Shown here: piece after piece, positions 63,300 through 64,000 of the stretch | How the letters are laid out: the number at the start of each line of letters is the position of its first letter | Numbering within the stretch: position 1 is the stretch's first letter | Assembly (NCBI GenBank): GCA_030704615.1 | Contig: CM060734.1 | Span: forward strand, 11,656,001 to 11,720,000 | Source: Takakia lepidozioides | Taxonomy: Eukaryota > Plantae > Bryophyta | Reading direction: 5' to 3' | Length of the DNA: 64,000 nt | Position numbers and translations under genes: made by a program | Notes under the pieces: generated by a model | What the model saw: the letters and a program-made list of their open reading frames with translations, nothing else | What the model was told of the DNA's origin: nothing | Databases searched by the model: none

Positions 63300-63700
63300 G
63301 CGATCTCCTATGGAAGCAGCCAGTAGATAGGCCAACACACTCCCACCAACTGCCATGCATCTCCTCTTCACAAAAAACGCTGGATACATTTCGTGGAGGT
63401 ACTGAAGTGGGTGTGTGCGCACCAAGGGTGGTAAATATGCTTGCAGCTTGCAATGAACCCTGCCCACTGTGGCTTAAATCCCATCCCATAGAAAGGGCAG
63501 TTAGCAACCCACAAACAAGTCTGAACTTCAGCTTCATTACCTTCAATGGCCGTTGATGGGAGAGGTATGCTCAGGTTAGAGTTAATGATCCCCTTCTGCA
63601 CCTTTTTTATGACAGCTAAAGCCGCTTCGTGGTGTCGTTGAGCAAATGAAAGATTTTCCTCGATTCTAAACAATCTACGACCCACATCATATGCTGACTT
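63300..63700 (-). pseudogene. Degenerate ORF with RING-like Cys/His domain, probably TE-associated
   Basis: CPFY(C)GMGF...ASCKHIYHPWC...KCI...CEEEMH..WW across a frameshift. Confidence 0.4.
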
Positions 63701-64000
63701 ACTGACACGTTCGTGCTCTAGGTTGCCCTCACTTGCAAGGCCCTGGAAGGTCTCAACAACACTCTTGTGAGAGCCGCTACAGACCCTGCTATGGGTCAGG
63801 GTTTATTCACGGTCAATGATATTGTGGTTCCTCCTCGCAGAGTCACCATGACACCACCAGAACGACGGAAGTGAGAGCAAATGTACACCCTAAAGCTCAA
63901 CTTTTAGAAATTTTCTCGTTTGCTCAAGGTTCGCACGCTACATGTAGGTTTCTCAGATTTCGCTTCCATTTCACAATCGACACCATCATCTCCAATACTC

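Overview
Eukaryotic nuclear DNA from a land plant, probably a non-seed plant (inferred from spliced plant genes, PLS/E-class PPR remnants and the TE types). Most of the window is nested transposable elements. It holds two intact host genes (CCDC25-like at 15875-19057 and peroxisomal serine:glyoxylate aminotransferase AGT1 at 36110-37748), several PPR pseudogenes and an NBS1-like fragment. The main finding is a Ty3/Gypsy LTR retrotransposon family with three pieces in the window. Its pol region carries a complete DNMT3-like C5-cytosine methyltransferase domain between protease and reverse transcriptase, and a PHD finger at the integrase C-terminus. Two of the three copies also have an unusual short-repeat/spacer/short-repeat 3' end. 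The first copy is interrupted by a chromodomain-bearing chromovirus, whose solo LTR occurs again at 41231-41954. Other elements: a MULE-like SWIM transposase with a convergent Ulp1-protease gene and dense palindromic repeats, a second MULE family, a Sola-like transposase fragment with related MITEs, a hAT fragment, a CRE-like RLE retroposon remnant and a tRNA-derived SINE. All calls come from reading motifs by eye; no database searches were run.
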